DNA of 64,000 nucleotides from Verrucomicrobiia bacterium (GTDB lineage: Bacteria > Verrucomicrobiota > Verrucomicrobiia > Limisphaerales > DASXHY01). Position 1 is the stretch's first letter. The number at the start of each line of letters is the position of its first letter. A program made the translations under genes and the position numbers. The stretch spans positions 44,903-108,902 of the forward strand of contig DASZLX010000032.1 of NCBI GenBank assembly GCA_035552155.1, in the 5' to 3' direction. The notes under the pieces were generated by a model, which was not told the DNA's origin, did not search any database, and was given only the letters and a program-made list of their open reading frames with translations. Shown here piece by piece: positions 62,030 to 64,000 of the stretch.

Positions 62030-64000
62030 ATGAATGCGAAACCGACACGTCCTCACGCGCCAATGCTGACGCTGGGAGACATTTATTACATCCTTTTCCG
62101 ACACAAATGGAAAATCGTCGTGATTTCCGCGATGGGATTGATTGCGGCGCTGGTGATACCGTTCGTATGGCCGCAGGTTTATGAGTCAGAAGCCAAGGTG
62201 CTCGTCAAATACGTGGTCGATAACCGGGTGCTGTCCGATCCCACGGGCAGTGCGCGCGTCTCGCTGCCGGATGCGCAGGGGCGTAATATCATCAACACCG
62301 AGTTGCAGATACTGACGAGCCTGGACCTCGCCCAGGAAGTGGCCACCAACGTCGGGCCGGACAAAATTTTGGGCAAGCCCAAGGCAAACGTGCTGGAGGC
62401 GGCGGCTTTCATTCACGGCCACCTGCTGGTGGATCCCAACAATAGCGATGTTATCCAGATCACCTTCACGCATCCCGACCCGGTCGTGGTGCAGCCGGTG
62501 CTGTCGCAGGTGATTTCCACCTACTTGGAACGGCATGCGCAGATTCATCGGCCCGAGGGCGCGGATGAATTCCTGACGCAGGAAACCGATCAGTTGAAAC
62601 ATCGGTTGCAGGAAACTGAAGAGGCATTGCGGGCTGCCAAAACGAACCTGGGAGTTATTTCACTGGACGACGCCGAGAAGGTGTTTGGCGAAAAAATCAG
62701 CAAGATTCAACAGGACATCGATGATTCCCAGGCGCTCCTCGCGCAGCATCAGGCCGCCGTCGATGAGCTGTCCAAGCGGACCAAGATTGATCCCCTTCCC
62801 ACCAACGCCGTGGCCGGAGCCGCAACGGGCACAAATACCCCCAGCCCGGAAAAACTGACCGAATATAAACATGTTTGCGACATGGTGGACGCATTTCGCA
62901 CCGAGGAAAAAGCCTTGTTGCTTCAGTTCCTGCCGGAAAATTCGCGGGTGAAGGATATCCGCGGCCAGATTGCCGCGGCGGAAAAACAAAAGAAACAAAT
63001 CGAAGACGAGAACCCCTCCCTGCTCGCGAAAAAAGTTGCGGACGCCAAAGTTGCCAATCCCGATTCTCTCCTGCAAAACAATTTGATCTCGGAAACGGCC
63101 ATCGTGGCGGGCTTGAAATCGAAGATAGATGTTTTGACCAATGAACTCGCCGAAGTCCGCGGGCATTTATCCGCCGTGGACGCGGGAGCGAGCCGGATAA
63201 CCGAACTGGAGCGCACGCAAAAACTGGAGGAGGCTCATTACACGTATTATTCTGAAAGCCTGGAAAATGCGCGCATTGACGAGGCTCTCGGGCCGGGCAA
63301 AGGCTCGAACATCAATACCATCCAAAGCCCCTCGCCGCCGTTTCGCGACAGCTCCAAGATGACCAAAACCGCCATGGGGGTGGGTATTTTCGGCATTGTT
63401 TTGGGTCTTGGCCTGGCGTTCTTCACCGAACTGTATCTGGATCATAGCGTGAGGCGCCCGACGGACATCGAGGCGCGCCTGGGCATCCCCTTGTTGCTTT
63501 CGATTCCGTATCGCAATGGCAAAGGCAAAGTGCCGCTGTTAAATGCTCCGCCGACAGCGGGTCTCACCCTGCGTTCGGAAGCATTGAACCGCACCGTTCA
63601 ATTGAATGGAGTCAAAACCACGGTCGGCCGGCTTCCGGAGAACCTCCTGGTGGTCGATGAAGGCTCGGTTTCCCTGCATCATTGCGAAATCTATTCGCGC
63701 AACGGCGAGGTCATTGTGAAAGACCTCGGCTCGACCAACGGCACTTTCGTCAATGGCGAGCGGATTGTTGAAATGTCGATCAAAGCCGGCCAGACGTTGC
63801 GCTTCGGCAACGTGGAATTCCGGGTGGAAAACAAGGATGCCAAGGCGGAATCTTCCGTCCCCGTGCCTTCCCCGACGGTGATGCCGCCCTGGGACCCGCG
63901 GCATGCGCTGCGGCCTTTCTACGATACGTTGCGCGACCGGTTGATTACCTATTTCGAAGTCAAAAACCTGACGCATAATCCGAAGCTCGTGGCGCTCACG
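62030..64000 (+). CDS. polysaccharide co-polymerase (Wzz/GumC-type) with embedded FHA domain; 3' end beyond the window
   Basis: Not in the supplied track because it has no stop in the window. My translation from ATG 62030 is open to 64000. TM1 is WKIVVISAMGLIAALVIPFVW, followed by a coiled-coil periplasmic region and TM2 AMGVGIFGIVLGLGLAFF. The FHA domain is VGRLPEN..VVDEGSVSLHHCEI...VKDLGSTNGTFVNGERI. The window ends at ...NPKLVALT, which looks like the lead-in to a P-loop kinase domain. Confidence 0.85.
   Translation, partial: MNAKPTRPHAPMLTLGDIYYILFRHKWKIVVISAMGLIAALVIPFVWPQVYESEAKVLVKYVVDNRVLSDPTGSARVSLPDAQGRNIINTELQILTSLDLAQEVATNVGPDKILGKPKANVLEAAAFIHGHLLVDPNNSDVIQITFTHPDPVVVQPVLSQVISTYLERHAQIHRPEGADEFLTQETDQLKHRLQETEEALRAAKTNLGVISLDDAEKVFGEKISKIQQDIDDSQALLAQHQAAVDELSKRTKIDPLPTNAVAGAATGTNTPSPEKLTEYKHVCDMVDAFRTEEKALLLQFLPENSRVKDIRGQIAAAEKQKKQIEDENPSLLAKKVADAKVANPDSLLQNNLISETAIVAGLKSKIDVLTNELAEVRGHLSAVDAGASRITELERTQKLEEAHYTYYSESLENARIDEALGPGKGSNINTIQSPSPPFRDSSKMTKTAMGVGIFGIVLGLGLAFFTELYLDHSVRRPTDIEARLGIPLLLSIPYRNGKGKVPLLNAPPTAGLTLRSEALNRTVQLNGVKTTVGRLPENLLVVDEGSVSLHHCEIYSRNGEVIVKDLGSTNGTFVNGERIVEMSIKAGQTLRFGNVEFRVENKDAKAESSVPVPSPTVMPPWDPRHALRPFYDTLRDRLITYFEVKNLTHNPKLVALT

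Overview
G+C-rich bacterial chromosomal segment. PEP-CTERM sorting signals, an H-X9-DG pseudopilin-like domain and an ECF sigma / FecR-LamG anti-sigma pair point to a Verrucomicrobiota/PVC-type organism (inference only). Gene order: rnc; nrdR-hyp-HIT operon; PEP-CTERM protein; MBL hydrolase; XylR-like regulator; ECF sigma / anti-sigma; a minus-strand array of five GYF-like membrane-protein paralogs; a REP-associated tyrosine transposase (RAYT) flanked by direct copies of a composite REP cluster that recurs through the window; trpD; macA-MFS-macB-permease, tsaC/sua5, tolC-like; a GH-like/GT2/membrane fusion protein; an srsABC-like type III PKS-methyltransferase-flavoprotein operon; a small AT-richer islet; deoC-like, mdh, a truncated ALDH-like gene; a two-component cluster; an adhesin-like protein; a dTDP-sugar cluster; an AT-richer locus of large secreted proteins, including a decayed paralog and a gene with 312-nt tandem repeats; and an exopolysaccharide locus (LuxR-type regulator, NusG paralog, priming sugar transferase, oxidoreductase, acetyltransferase, FemAB-like). 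That locus ends in a Wzz/GumC-type co-polymerase carrying an embedded FHA domain; its ORF runs off the window end and is missing from the supplied track. Intergenic DNA is unusually structured, with REP hairpins, a MITE-like element, a three-way-junction palindrome, and many 7-9 nt word arrays often arranged as hairpins. I found no rRNA, tRNA, CRISPR array, prophage or recognisable defence system. The most interesting candidates are the GYF-module membrane array, the FHA-containing co-polymerase, and the RAYT/REP system with a possible in-frame REP insertion in a glycosyltransferase. All family calls come from reading motifs by eye; no searches were run.
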